Below, piece after piece: positions 17,344 through 28,333 of a DNA stretch of 64,000 nt (positions within the stretch are counted from its first letter, which is position 1; each line of letters starts with the position of its first letter). Under the pieces are notes generated by a model, which ran no database searches, had not been told where the DNA came from, and worked only from the letters and a program-made list of their open reading frames with translations. Made by a program: the position numbers and the translations under genes. The DNA lies in the sequence record NC_062581.1; one strand, written 5' to 3'.

Positions 17344-20238
17344 TTCAGCTTGTTCGTGAGGCAAGAAGTTAACTGTTACGTCATCTTCAATGGTCAGCAA
17401 TTGGTTAGCCAGTACTACCATCTTCTTACGGATAGACAATCGAACAGCATCGTCATCAACAGTAAGAATTGGATAGTTCTCATCACCACCTAGACCACTG
17501 ATCTCGTTAGCCAATACATCGTCACCTGCTGTAGTACCCAGCTGAGCAACAATCTCGGAATTAGAAATAGTCTTACGAGAGATTTGTGAATCCAATACTT
17601 GCTTATCGTTATCAATAAGAGAAGGACGGATTGTGGAGTTAGTGTAGGCAGCTGGTTTAAGCCAGTGTGTAATTGCAAAGGACTGATCAATACGAATAGT
17701 CGCTTGTTGTCCATCACGTGTACTTACAACCGTATCACCAAACGTCTGTGTTGGATAAACATAAAGTTCTGCTTTCTCCAGAAGACGTTCACTAATATCA
17801 CCAATATCGGATTGCAACCACGTTACAAATTCCATTGGGATTTCTTTACGGTAAGCAACTGCGGCTGCTTCAGTGGCAAAGTAGAACAGACCATCAACCA
17901 TCAGAATTGTTACTTCACGCAACAGTTTACGTGGAGCGGCCAATACTGGTTTACCATCAACCATGACTGGATCGTTCTTTAGGTGTAACCAAGTTTGTTC
18001 GCCTTTAGCATCTAAGACTGGTGAACCTTTAGCATGCTCCAAATACATAATGACTTGGCCATTAGGGCCAATCTCAATAATGTCATGACCTGTAGCATCT
18101 TTACGGTATTGGTTCTCTGTCCAGTATTTAGGAACGTTTTCAGTCCAACGTTGGTAATCTTCTTCACCCAACACAGAACGGTTACGTCTCCAAATTCGAG
18201 ACATGTCGTAACCCAGAGTTATTTCCAAACGTTCACGGTTAACCAACATCCATTCATTAGGAAGCAAATGGGATTGAACCATAGCATCGATTGTATTGGA
18301 TTGATAACCTGGTGTAACCGCATTAACCACTAATATCGAAATATCAAATTCATTTTCTAACTTGGTTTTAAAGTTAGTTTGTGCACTTGAAAAGATCGAC
18401 ATGTTTGTGGTGTACAGTTCCCCAGTATTATCCAAATCGTAATTGGTTTCAATCAAGAACTCAAATACGCGCTCAGAATTTTCAATACCAATTTGTCTAC
18501 CGTTTACCGAAGCAAAGACTTCCTCACCTGTTGGACGATAACCAATCTGACAAACTACCTGAGAATCATCTAGGCTACGGAACTGTGCAGAAGATACCAA
18601 ACGAACAAGAATACGATAACCATTAGCCACACGTTCGATTTCATAAGCATCCACGTTTGATTGTAGGTTAGACGATTCGTTTTCACCAACAAATGTCTTC
18701 TCGGTAATAGTTGGGTTATCCAAGTAATAAGGACGGAAGTCAAAATTACTATCGGTAGCATCCATTACATAGTGGAAAGGTGAATACACAAAACGCGATT
18801 CGTTAACCAATCGAGAAATGTCTTCTGGATCAGATGTAACAATGCTGGCTAGTTCAGCATCTTGAACCATAGTAACTTTACCGTTAGAAAAACGATAAAG
18901 CATGGATGGCAGAATGGTAATACGTTCACCGTTATCTGCCGTGTGAGCAGATGCTGCAACCATGTCCATGTTAATACGTAGTTGGGACATTACACAACCA
19001 GCACCCGATACTACATCCAATGCTTGTGGAGTACCCAAGCGACGAGAGGCCAGGAACTGTCGATCAGTGATGTTGTCAATGTTGGATACCAGCGTGTAAC
19101 CACGTTGATCCAGCTTAGCTTCCAATTGTACATCTGTAATCGGAACATCAGCATCACCCATCGTATTGTCAATGGCACGATTCCGAATAGTAATGAAGTC
19201 AAGGGCGTTTGCTCCACCTGTTACACGGGATACATTAAGGGCCTGCTTAATACTGAATGTGTTAAGAGGTGACACATATGTGGTATCATCATCAATCGCA
19301 TTAAACAGCGCCTGGAACTGCTCAGGGCGATAGTCCGCCATAGACAGATCAAGCTGACCCAACGTGGTGTAAATGTCTACACGGATCTTACCGGAGGCCA
19401 GGCCGGTATTAGTATAGATAGTGGGAATAGCTACTTGTAGTGTTTGTCCAACAACCCGCAATACAGCCGTTACTTTAAGTGGGTTGTATACTTGTTCAGT
19501 ATGGGTGGTCAAAACCTCAGTCCATTCTGAAGAAGCACCATCATTGAGATAAACCCGAGCAAAGTAAAACTTATCGGTAAACGTGTACGAGTTTTCAAAC
19601 AACGTAGCCGGAGACAATGCATCCGAGTTAGTAGTGATACGGAATTGACGAACTGGGATCTTCAAACGAATAACCCGGTTACGATCCATTCGCAACATGT
19701 CCCAACTGACTTGGTTGGTCTTCAACGTTTCGATAGGTGATACCGAAGTACCATCGTAAACAATTTGCAAACCACCATGGCGCAATACCCGTAGTTCAAT
19801 TGGATACTGCATTGTAAATGGCGTAGTGCCACCCATGAACTGAGTCAGTCGTGGGATGATTAACTTACGTGCCCCTTGATCACCGTAAGGTACCGCTTTC
19901 TGAATGATCTCTTCGTAGCCTAGGTACAAATGAAAATCAGTGGTAGCTGGTGTAGAGAATCGACCAATGTAATCATCAGTCGACATGTGGTAATAAACTT
20001 CATCTTGCGTTAGAGCCATCCGCGCATTCAACATACGCATTTGAGCTTCCATTTCGGTAATGGCCATAGCCACACCTAAAGTACCACATTCCATCGAAGC
20101 AACAAATGGAATGCTTGCATCTGGAATATCGTAAGTACCACGACCCTGTAATTGCTGATCCAGTTCTTCTAATGCAATTTGTTGCATTTGACTAGGATTA
20201 CGGCGAGCGTTATAAATCCGATCTGTATATTGACTCAT
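17341..20238 (-). CDS. Large virion structural protein, probably tail/baseplate (phiKZ gp87-like)
   Basis: 965-aa beta-rich ORF; synteny. Confidence 0.75.
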   Translation of the reverse strand: MSQYTDRIYNARRNPSQMQQIALEELDQQLQGRGTYDIPDASIPFVASMECGTLGVAMAITEMEAQMRMLNARMALTQDEVYYHMSTDDYIGRFSTPATTDFHLYLGYEEIIQKAVPYGDQGARKLIIPRLTQFMGGTTPFTMQYPIELRVLRHGGLQIVYDGTSVSPIETLKTNQVSWDMLRMDRNRVIRLKIPVRQFRITTNSDALSPATLFENSYTFTDKFYFARVYLNDGASSEWTEVLTTHTEQVYNPLKVTAVLRVVGQTLQVAIPTIYTNTGLASGKIRVDIYTTLGQLDLSMADYRPEQFQALFNAIDDDTTYVSPLNTFSIKQALNVSRVTGGANALDFITIRNRAIDNTMGDADVPITDVQLEAKLDQRGYTLVSNIDNITDRQFLASRRLGTPQALDVVSGAGCVMSQLRINMDMVAASAHTADNGERITILPSMLYRFSNGKVTMVQDAELASIVTSDPEDISRLVNESRFVYSPFHYVMDATDSNFDFRPYYLDNPTITEKTFVGENESSNLQSNVDAYEIERVANGYRILVRLVSSAQFRSLDDSQVVCQIGYRPTGEEVFASVNGRQIGIENSERVFEFLIETNYDLDNTGELYTTNMSIFSSAQTNFKTKLENEFDISILVVNAVTPGYQSNTIDAMVQSHLLPNEWMLVNRERLEITLGYDMSRIWRRNRSVLGEEDYQRWTENVPKYWTENQYRKDATGHDIIEIGPNGQVIMYLEHAKGSPVLDAKGEQTWLHLKNDPVMVDGKPVLAAPRKLLREVTILMVDGLFYFATEAAAVAYRKEIPMEFVTWLQSDIGDISERLLEKAELYVYPTQTFGDTVVSTRDGQQATIRIDQSFAITHWLKPAAYTNSTIRPSLIDNDKQVLDSQISRKTISNSEIVAQLGTTAGDDVLANEISGLGGDENYPILTVDDDAVRLSIRKKMVVLANQLLTIEDDVTVNFLPHEQAE

Positions 20239-21320
20239 TGGGTTGCCTCAGTTGGCTGGCTGGCATCTTGGGTGGTGGTCGGAGCAGGAGCTTTACGAAT
20301 GTTACCGGCTTTCATTGCTTCGTAGTCCGCTTTAAAAACCCACCATTCCAATTCCATATTGCTAGGATTGATCCGAGGATATGCCCGGTAGTTAAAGTAA
20401 GACTTTTCCCACGGGTATAACAACTGCATAGTTGCTTCACGTGTATCATCACGCATACCGGGATTGAAGTCTTGTTGTAGGTCATTAAACTCAAATATTA
20501 AAATATGGTCGTAAGTTGTTACGCCGTTACAACGGTAACTAAAGTTTAACTGACTAGAAATAACTTGTGAACCTGTTTCAGAACCATCACCAGTGTAGTT
20601 GGCAATTTCACCCGTTGGTGCGTTTTCAGGAGTGGCTGCCCCACAGGCAAAAATACGAGTAACATAAGTACGAGTCTGATCCATAATCAAACGGTAGATA
20701 CGCGTATCGTAATCTCGTTCATTCATCATAACCAATTCAGGGTAAGGCATAGTACGCCCTTCTTTCCCCAGACCTTGAGCCAACAACCACATGTAATGCA
20801 GCAACGTAACTGGATCACCTTCAACGTTACGGTACGTTCCTTGGAGCGTAAAGGTTTCGTATTGGTATGGTACGTCATCTACATAAGCCATCGAGTCACG
20901 GTAGATACCAGCGGTGGTTGTAGACATGTTAATTGTGAAGTCTGGCCAACCATTCAACGAAATGAGGTTGTTTGAAAGAATAGGAATAAAAGGGGATAAC
21001 GGGTCAACCATTGTACTGGTTAATGGGTTTTGTTCCTGAGTCATACTCCACGGATCAAGTGTTACACGTACCAATCTTTCCAAACAATCCTTATCTTCTC
21101 GTAACAACATAGACAACCTTCGGTCCACCATGCAGTTATCGTATGATAAATTGAACAGCGGTTTCGTAAAGAACGTATAACCATGGTTCTCAGTATTGAG
21201 TTGGAGCGGAGCATTTCGCCCCAAGATGTTGATACCGAATGCCGCGTTGCTCAGTGCTTGGTTCCGCGGTACTTGTCCAATATTTTGTGCAATATTTGTG
21301 ATGTAACTATTTACTGACAT
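20235..21320 (-). CDS. Virion structural protein (phiKZ gp88-like)
   Basis: 361 aa; ATGA-type coupling with the 965-aa gene. Confidence 0.7.
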   Translation of the reverse strand: MSVNSYITNIAQNIGQVPRNQALSNAAFGINILGRNAPLQLNTENHGYTFFTKPLFNLSYDNCMVDRRLSMLLREDKDCLERLVRVTLDPWSMTQEQNPLTSTMVDPLSPFIPILSNNLISLNGWPDFTINMSTTTAGIYRDSMAYVDDVPYQYETFTLQGTYRNVEGDPVTLLHYMWLLAQGLGKEGRTMPYPELVMMNERDYDTRIYRLIMDQTRTYVTRIFACGAATPENAPTGEIANYTGDGSETGSQVISSQLNFSYRCNGVTTYDHILIFEFNDLQQDFNPGMRDDTREATMQLLYPWEKSYFNYRAYPRINPSNMELEWWVFKADYEAMKAGNIRKAPAPTTTQDASQPTEATQ

Positions 21321-21353
21321 TTTTCACTCTCTATTTTCTAAAAGGAAGAACTC

Positions 21354-22583
21354 ATGGTAGCCCCAGTTTTAGCCGCTGCAGGTGCAGTCGCTACGTCCAC
21401 CGCTGCTCAAGTCGCGGGTAACGCGCTGATGCAGACTGTATTTAATCTGGCTAAGAATGGTATGCAAGTTTCTTCACTTGCCGACCTGACTAAACCAGCC
21501 CGAGTTGAACCACTTGCCATTATCGACTCTACTCTTGTCGATCAGCCGTACATGACGTCGCTGTTGAAACTGGCAACCTCGAACTTCGCAGGGTACTACC
21601 TGCAAGCGGTTAACATGATTCTGGGTGTCGGTCGGATCGATACACTGAAGGTTTTGGATTCGTTGAACCCAGATCGTACACTTGGCTTTGATACTGCTAA
21701 GATGTCGTCTCGTTCAGGTAGTCCGAGCAATGAATCTTTTGCCGCTGCCGCTTATGACCCGCGCGTCTATGCCAATGGCTTGCCATCTCTGGAAAGTTTC
21801 TCGAAACGTGTTCGCCCAAATCTGTTGTTTTCCAATGAAGCCTTTGGTGACATTGTCGATGGCATTGCAGATGATGCTGAGAAAGCAGGTTATGGTGCAG
21901 ACACTAGCAAACAAGATGCTTCCGTAGTAGCTGGTGATAAGGTTTTTGAAATTGAAAACCTGATGGTTGGTAAACTGTTAAACGTTGAAATCTCCGATGG
22001 CACCAAGTCAGCTAAGCTTCCTGTCCTGATCCGTATGATTCCTGCAGCTGTACCTCCACAGTCTATGGTTCATATGTTTAGTGCTGGCGGGCGCGATAGT
22101 TGGGCACAACGTCTGTTTATGGTACAAACTGGTCAGATCAAATTCTGGCGTGACTTTGTACTGGGTCAAGACATGATCGACGAACACTTCAAGGCTTTGA
22201 TGAATGATAAGTCTGGTGTGTTTAAGATGATTACCGACCGTCGCCGTAATAACTCGGCTAAAGCTCTACAGACCGGTCGTGTATCTATTGCTGATGCTTC
22301 CAACGTTGCTATTGTTTCTACCGAAACCCTGAAACAAGCCACCGGTAAATTGTTCGGTAAGATCGAACAAGAATCTGTTCGTAAAGCTATCTTTGATAAT
22401 AGCTACCTGTTGATGCTCATCGTTGTTGATGAACGCTGGCAGCGTGTACAGATCTGGCACCGTGGTGTTGATCTGGCTACTACGCACAAGTTTGACGAAA
22501 TCGAACGCACCGAAAAATCGAAAGGCCCTGACATCACTGAAATGTTCAAGATGTTCAGTCGCTCTATGCAAACCAATCTGTAA
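21354..22583 (+). CDS. Head/inner-body protein (phiKZ gp89-like)
   Basis: AAGGAAG SD; clustered SNE, SLE, SNE prohead-protease-type sites; highly biased codon use. Confidence 0.75.
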   Translation: MVAPVLAAAGAVATSTAAQVAGNALMQTVFNLAKNGMQVSSLADLTKPARVEPLAIIDSTLVDQPYMTSLLKLATSNFAGYYLQAVNMILGVGRIDTLKVLDSLNPDRTLGFDTAKMSSRSGSPSNESFAAAAYDPRVYANGLPSLESFSKRVRPNLLFSNEAFGDIVDGIADDAEKAGYGADTSKQDASVVAGDKVFEIENLMVGKLLNVEISDGTKSAKLPVLIRMIPAAVPPQSMVHMFSAGGRDSWAQRLFMVQTGQIKFWRDFVLGQDMIDEHFKALMNDKSGVFKMITDRRRNNSAKALQTGRVSIADASNVAIVSTETLKQATGKLFGKIEQESVRKAIFDNSYLLMLIVVDERWQRVQIWHRGVDLATTHKFDEIERTEKSKGPDITEMFKMFSRSMQTNL

Positions 22584-22598
22584 TAAAGGACAGTCACA

Positions 22599-23492
22599 AT
22601 GAGTTCACTACTCGAATACGTAGGCTCCCTAGCTCCATTTAAAGAGCGTAAGGATCTGCTTAATCAACTCGCCGATCTGGAAGAAGAATATGACACCACG
22701 ATCGCACCCCTGCTTTCCGAAGTCCGTGACCTGATCCTTTCCTTGGAAGTAAAATCCCAGATTGGTCAGAAATACAATTCGACCATGCAACGTGCAGTTA
22801 ACTTCCGTGGTAACTACCTGGAACTTTTCTTTAAGTCCATGGAAAGCGTACGCGGTAACCTGGGTCTGATTGTACAAGAAATTCGTCGGTTGTTTGCTTT
22901 TCAGTTTACCAACAGTAACCTGACTATTAATCGTGCTAACATTCTGAAGTATGTTGATGCACTGAATTTCTACATTCGTTGGGGCCGTAAATTCATGTTA
23001 TTCTTGGTTACTCAAGAATCGCAAGCTCGCGGGCGTGCCACTTCGTCTAGCTGGTCTCCTGCTGAAGTAGATTGGGTTCAATCGAACCTGGATCAATTCG
23101 TTGGTCTGTATCCAGCAATGATCTTGAATCCTAGCGAACTGAAACAAAAGTTCTCTCAGGCTTCCGATGCTGAAATCAATGCTGAAACTTATGACCTGGC
23201 TGTTCGTTCTTTGGGTGATTCCAAAATCGATCCATGTCGTCTGTCTGGCTTCTCCCCACAAAACAACCCTTTCCTAACCTTAGGTAAGTACGTTGCTGAA
23301 TGGAAAGTAGCTCGGTACAAAGCTTCGAAAGAAGAATTTAACGCATTGCAACACCGTCTGCTGGAATTGCGTGAACAACTGAAAGGTCAACCTACCTCTG
23401 TGATTCTGCAAAAGCAAATCAAGATGTATGAAGATCGTCTTTCGGAATACGAATACGACATCAACGCGACTGAAGCTAAAGCTCGCGATTAA
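22599..23492 (+). CDS. Head protein (phiKZ gp90-like)
   Basis: AAGGA SD; helical, coiled-coil C-terminus; synteny. Confidence 0.72.
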   Translation: MSSLLEYVGSLAPFKERKDLLNQLADLEEEYDTTIAPLLSEVRDLILSLEVKSQIGQKYNSTMQRAVNFRGNYLELFFKSMESVRGNLGLIVQEIRRLFAFQFTNSNLTINRANILKYVDALNFYIRWGRKFMLFLVTQESQARGRATSSSWSPAEVDWVQSNLDQFVGLYPAMILNPSELKQKFSQASDAEINAETYDLAVRSLGDSKIDPCRLSGFSPQNNPFLTLGKYVAEWKVARYKASKEEFNALQHRLLELREQLKGQPTSVILQKQIKMYEDRLSEYEYDINATEAKARD

Positions 23493-23504
23493 AGGAGACT
23501 GACC

Positions 23505-24026
23505 ATGGGTACGAATTCTGTAAAGATGAATTCTGATTACTCCGGTGGTCAGGCTCAAGCACAACGTCGGTACATCACAAGTGTACGTGATGAACGTGTT
23601 CGAGATCTGTTCCTGGAGTTTACGACTTTTCCAACCCGTACGGTACATTGGGAATTTCGTAGACGTGTAATTGCTGAAGCACTTCGCTTGCTGGGTGGTA
23701 ACTATAACTGGTTCATCCTTCAAGACAACAATGCACAGCGCGTAGACTGGAACTACAAGTTCCTGTTGGATACTATTCGTTTCATTGCCACTGGTCGTCG
23801 TGAATTGGCAATCCATTCGTGGCCTGTCATGCTAAGTGATGAACCACCTACCGGTCTACAATTAATCGGTAGTCGTAGTGAAGTACAAGACTTATTCAAA
23901 CAACTGGCACTGTCTACTTCTATTGAAGCAATGATTCAGAAGTGGTGCATGCAGCCTAAAGGTTTTGATGACCTGATGTACACTTTACATTTGTTGTTTG
24001 GTAAAGCTACAGTCCGAGTTAAATAG
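23505..24026 (+). CDS. Conserved hypothetical protein in head operon
   Basis: AAGGAG SD; 173 aa. Confidence 0.72.
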   Translation: MGTNSVKMNSDYSGGQAQAQRRYITSVRDERVRDLFLEFTTFPTRTVHWEFRRRVIAEALRLLGGNYNWFILQDNNAQRVDWNYKFLLDTIRFIATGRRELAIHSWPVMLSDEPPTGLQLIGSRSEVQDLFKQLALSTSIEAMIQKWCMQPKGFDDLMYTLHLLFGKATVRVK

Positions 24027-24034
24027 GAGTCAAC

Positions 24035-25357
24035 ATGGTTGGTGCAACCAATGCGATTGCTCCAGAGACCCCTAAATCAGTCGACGGGGTAGAACCCGTC
24101 GATATGATCGCCTCACTCGAATCTCAATTCGATTCTCTGGAAGAACGCACAGAGGCAACGCTAAGAAAGCTAGCACAAAGTTTGTCCTTCGGTGTGGCGT
24201 TGGAGGCCCAACGGCTTGATCCCGATGAGACAATGTTTCAATACGCCTTAGAAAAGTTTGAAGATGTTGCACCAGGAGAATACCTTTCTTTTGAAGACAT
24301 ATCTAACTCATCTAAGAAAGTATGGGATAAGTCTGTTGAATCTTTAAAGCAGTTGCAGAATGAAACAATCGAATATGCCCGAGTTATTAATATCGGAAGT
24401 GATCGATTAGTTGAAAGAACCAACATGCTTTATGAACAAGCACAAACCGTCAAAGGGAATGCTTACAAAAAAGAATTTACCTTGAAGTCGCCAAAGAAGT
24501 TTAATATCGATGGTCGGTATGAACCCAAAGACATCACACGGATTATTTCATTAGCTAACTCAGCTTTTGCATTCCATGATAAAGTATTCTTAAAGTTTAT
24601 GGATACCGTTTCAAGAATCTTTGATAAGCTTTCTTTTGATCATGATTTTACTGATGAAGCCGGTGTGGACTTCTCACCTTTTGTTCCCACTACCTGGATG
24701 GCTAAAGCTGAGCCGGTTGAGAAAGATGATCGTTTCCGTGTAGCTGCTCCTTTGTTTAAGACACCTGCTATTCAAGGTAATAAAGCTTTGTATGCCTCGG
24801 GTCCAACGGAAGCAAAGACTGATGAAATAATGAACTGGGCTTTTATGGTTAATACCGTAAGAGATTTTTCGTTTCGTTATTACACGGTGCGTGAACTGAA
24901 GCCAGCTAATCAAGAAGCATTGATTGTTGAAGTGGATCAGATTAACAATATCCGTCAACGTCTAAGTCAATTGTTAGCTATCTCTAAACGGTTCCAATCC
25001 CGTAAAGGGTACGAGTCTAAATTAGCACAGGCTTTGCGTAAGATTCAAATCTCGGGTGAAAAAATTCGTACTAAAGCTGGACAGTTTAAAGTTGAAGCTG
25101 ACCCTACGGATAAAGAACAAGTAAAAGAAACACCCATTAAAGGACGCCCCGCTATTTCCGATATTATTCAATCCATTACCTTGATGATTAATAACGTATC
25201 TCGCATGGTTACTGATTACAATAATGCCATGGCTGGTATTATACGCACGTTGGGTGGTTTAACGTATGTTGCTGAATTAGAGTTGAAGGCCTATCAGCCT
25301 CCTCTTCGAAAACCTACTCCAAATGAAATTGAAGGTAAACCGAATGAAACACCCTGA
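24035..25357 (+). CDS. Head protein, inner-head paralogue-like
   Basis: SLE/ALE/SFE sites then KKVWDKSVESLKQ helix. Confidence 0.72.
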   Translation: MVGATNAIAPETPKSVDGVEPVDMIASLESQFDSLEERTEATLRKLAQSLSFGVALEAQRLDPDETMFQYALEKFEDVAPGEYLSFEDISNSSKKVWDKSVESLKQLQNETIEYARVINIGSDRLVERTNMLYEQAQTVKGNAYKKEFTLKSPKKFNIDGRYEPKDITRIISLANSAFAFHDKVFLKFMDTVSRIFDKLSFDHDFTDEAGVDFSPFVPTTWMAKAEPVEKDDRFRVAAPLFKTPAIQGNKALYASGPTEAKTDEIMNWAFMVNTVRDFSFRYYTVRELKPANQEALIVEVDQINNIRQRLSQLLAISKRFQSRKGYESKLAQALRKIQISGEKIRTKAGQFKVEADPTDKEQVKETPIKGRPAISDIIQSITLMINNVSRMVTDYNNAMAGIIRTLGGLTYVAELELKAYQPPLRKPTPNEIEGKPNETP

Positions 25358-26444
25358 ACAAGAACAATTACGTTTAGAACGTAAATTGAAAACTCTGGGG
25401 GAAATGTTAATCTCTTTAGAAGCTTATCAAGTTCTAGCTGCTGATGGCTTGTCTAAACAAGCTGCTGTTGTAGTTTCACAAGACGTATTGCGCATCGCTA
25501 AACACATCGGTTCTACTGACACGATTGCATTGGAAAACTACTCCCGTCTTGATAATGCCATGTCTCAAGCTATCAGTTTAGAAGACAACCTGGCAATGGG
25601 TTCTCGTATTGCTGCTGCAATCATTAAGTTTAAAGAATGGCTTATGCAAGTATTCAAACTTGTTAAAGAACAAGTGGGTGCTCTGCTAACATCTTTCAAT
25701 AAACTGCGAGCTAAGATCGAAGAACTCCGTGGGCAAGTAAAGAGTATCCCTAACAGCGATACTGAGGTTCATATTCCGGCTAAGTTAGCGCAACGTGTTG
25801 CTATCCAAGGGGATATGAATGAAGGACATTTCCCGGAACTTCGACAACTAGCTAGTTTTGGTGCAGTTGCTTACCCGGAAGCTATCAATGATTTCTATCT
25901 GGAACTAGCAGCCATTGTTAAAGCATTTGATCCTACTCAAGATGCAGCTGGTTTGATTGAAGCTATTGAGAAATCACTGACTCCGTTAAACTTTACTAAC
26001 GTTGACACTAAGACTTATCCAGGTAATGTCATGATTGTTCATGATGACACTGGATATAATTATTCGATTGCTGAAGTAGAAGCACGCATTGTTGAAGAAG
26101 ACGTAGTGGTCAAGATTCCTAATGGTAATGACCTTAACCGTCGTTTACACGAGATTACTAAAGTCATTGATATCGCTGAGAAACTAGAAGCTGTATCCAG
26201 TACTATCGAGACATCTGTTAATAAAGTAATTGAAGCTACTGATGAGCTTGAAAAGAAAGCCAAAGGGTTAGATGAAATTCAACAGAAGAATACCAGTGCT
26301 ATGATTTCTACAGTCTTAGCCACCACCAGTAAAGTTAAAGCTGGTCAAGCCGGAATCATCCGTTATCTAGGTCGTGTATTAGATGCCCATCTGGCAATCA
26401 TTGAACACGAAGTTAAAACAGCTACTAATTCACAGAGGGCATAA
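25344..26444 (+). CDS. Inner-head paralogue family protein
   Basis: SLEAYQVLAADGLSKQAA motif, ALE and SLE sites, FKEWLMQVFK helix. Confidence 0.78.
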   Translation: MKHPEQEQLRLERKLKTLGEMLISLEAYQVLAADGLSKQAAVVVSQDVLRIAKHIGSTDTIALENYSRLDNAMSQAISLEDNLAMGSRIAAAIIKFKEWLMQVFKLVKEQVGALLTSFNKLRAKIEELRGQVKSIPNSDTEVHIPAKLAQRVAIQGDMNEGHFPELRQLASFGAVAYPEAINDFYLELAAIVKAFDPTQDAAGLIEAIEKSLTPLNFTNVDTKTYPGNVMIVHDDTGYNYSIAEVEARIVEEDVVVKIPNGNDLNRRLHEITKVIDIAEKLEAVSSTIETSVNKVIEATDELEKKAKGLDEIQQKNTSAMISTVLATTSKVKAGQAGIIRYLGRVLDAHLAIIEHEVKTATNSQRA

Positions 26445-26446
26445 CC

Positions 26447-27601
26447 ATGACTTACGGAGACGACTTCGATCGAGTTAAAGGTATTACAGCGGCACAGAAA
26501 GAAGAAGACTTTGGTACAGTTGAACCAGTAGTCGAAGAAAAGCAAGACATGATTGATTTTGAATTGTTAGAAGATGACAAAGCTGCTCAACACATCGATC
26601 ACGATATTGAAGAGATTGTAGAAGCTTCTGCTGCATTGGAAGGTTACATTCAAGTCATGAAACAAAACCCATACGACGGCATCTCTAAACAGACGGCCCA
26701 AGCTATGTTGGTAGGGTTGACTCGAATTGATAAACTAGTAGGACAGAAGTCTGAACTGGTTGCTGCATTGGAAGCAGAAGCTTTTGATAATCCACGTATT
26801 GGTCAAGAAAAATCCAGTGTGGACAAAGAAGGTTTAGCTGATCGTGCTAAACAACTCTGGGTTAAGTTTAAAGAACTCATTCTTCAAGCAGTAGCTAAAG
26901 CAAAAGCTTTGTGGCAAAAGATCACCGATGAGAACAAACAAACCGCTGAGAAGGCAGAAGATCTAAAAGACAACGCCCGGCAAAACCACAGTGGTCCTAA
27001 TGGCCCTAAAGGTGGACGTAAAGTTACCCTATCTCCACAACTGGCATTCTTTGCTGCACGTGAAGGTAAGCAACTAACTACAGCTACTTACCAACCATTG
27101 GCTACGTTTGTTTTTGATAAGATGGCTGCACATGTACAAGCTGGTATTGATGCTTTAACCAAAGGCATTATTGATGCGGACCTAGAAGCGGTTAAAGCTG
27201 CTGGTCAGGGCGAAACTCCAGAGTTTGAAGGTGAACTGGACAACATCAATATTACTGGATTGGCTGAAGGTGGTTGGTCTGTTGAAATTGGTGAACCTCA
27301 AGGCGAAGAGACTGTTCAAGTCCGTGACCTAAGTACGTTCATTAAAACCATGGGTGAAATTAATTCCTTTGGTAACTACCTTGCTCAGAATAGCTCTAAG
27401 GTATTTAAATTAGCTGAACAACTTAATGCCATGTTATCCGAAGCAGGTAAGCAAGCTGATGCGGTTGATGCAGAAGTTCTTCATGCTGTGTTAAATACTG
27501 TAACTAAGCTTAAGACACAACAAGAAACAGTTATGAAAGCTTACGGGTTTGTTTCTCGGGCAAATACATCACTGTTGTCTGCAGCTGGTAAAGAAATGTA
27601 A
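26447..27601 (+). CDS. Inner-head paralogue family protein
   Basis: ALEGYIQVMKQ..DGISKQTAQAMLVGLTRI, ALE, LWVKFKE helix. Confidence 0.78.
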   Translation: MTYGDDFDRVKGITAAQKEEDFGTVEPVVEEKQDMIDFELLEDDKAAQHIDHDIEEIVEASAALEGYIQVMKQNPYDGISKQTAQAMLVGLTRIDKLVGQKSELVAALEAEAFDNPRIGQEKSSVDKEGLADRAKQLWVKFKELILQAVAKAKALWQKITDENKQTAEKAEDLKDNARQNHSGPNGPKGGRKVTLSPQLAFFAAREGKQLTTATYQPLATFVFDKMAAHVQAGIDALTKGIIDADLEAVKAAGQGETPEFEGELDNINITGLAEGGWSVEIGEPQGEETVQVRDLSTFIKTMGEINSFGNYLAQNSSKVFKLAEQLNAMLSEAGKQADAVDAEVLHAVLNTVTKLKTQQETVMKAYGFVSRANTSLLSAAGKEM

Positions 27602-27608
27602 AATCACT

Positions 27609-27640
27609 AGATCGGGGCTTGTCCCCGATCTTATGTATCT
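27609..27640 (+). terminator. Hairpin followed by TATG
   Basis: AGATCGGGG-CTTGT-CCCCGATCT, then TATGTATCTTTT. Confidence 0.65.
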
Positions 27641-27660
27641 TTTAACCTGAGGAACCTGCC

Positions 27661-28299
27661 ATGTTGAATGTCAGAGCTTATCTCCCCGCTACAGAAGACT
27701 TTGATAGTCTACCCGATACCCTTGCATCCGATATCTCCACTGATGGTGATAACACGTATCTTGCCGGTATCCCAGAAGAATTAATTTTGCCTCTGGACAA
27801 TTCTGAGCAAGGTAATGAAAACGATGACACCATTGTTGATAACCTGCAAGAACAAAATGAAAAGACGGAAGAAGTAAAAGAATCCGAAGAAGATGGGACG
27901 GAACTTTCAGCTGACGAGAACGAAGAATCTACAGAACTTGAAGTGTCTAAAAATAATGAGAACACCGAAAGCGATGACTCTTTAGATACCACTCAGGTTG
28001 AAGATGATCCAGATAAGGAAATTGATGAGGAAGAAGAGGACAAAATTGAAAATGTTCAATATGCCATTGAAGAATATACCCGCTTAGTTACAAATGCGGG
28101 TGCTGGCTTATCTCATCAAGCTGCAGAATTTTTAACAGTAGGTATTGCGCGGTTAAGTAAACAACTTAATCAACCTATTGTCTCAGTCGAGGAATTTACA
28201 TCGGGACCAGAGGCAGTTCGTGTAACTGTTTCGTCAGAACAATTCCTTTCTCAATTGCAATCACTAAAGAATGCGTTGAGTTCAAACACAAATCTATGA
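27661..28299 (+). CDS. Short inner-head paralogue (prodomain-like only)
   Basis: GAGGA SD; acidic; AIEEYTRLVTNAGAGLSHQAAEFLTVGIARL family motif; ends shortly after SVE and SSE. Confidence 0.72.
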   Translation: MLNVRAYLPATEDFDSLPDTLASDISTDGDNTYLAGIPEELILPLDNSEQGNENDDTIVDNLQEQNEKTEEVKESEEDGTELSADENEESTELEVSKNNENTESDDSLDTTQVEDDPDKEIDEEEEDKIENVQYAIEEYTRLVTNAGAGLSHQAAEFLTVGIARLSKQLNQPIVSVEEFTSGPEAVRVTVSSEQFLSQLQSLKNALSSNTNL

Positions 28300-28333
28300 T
28301 TAAATCGTTACCCTACATCGAAAGGAATTACCC

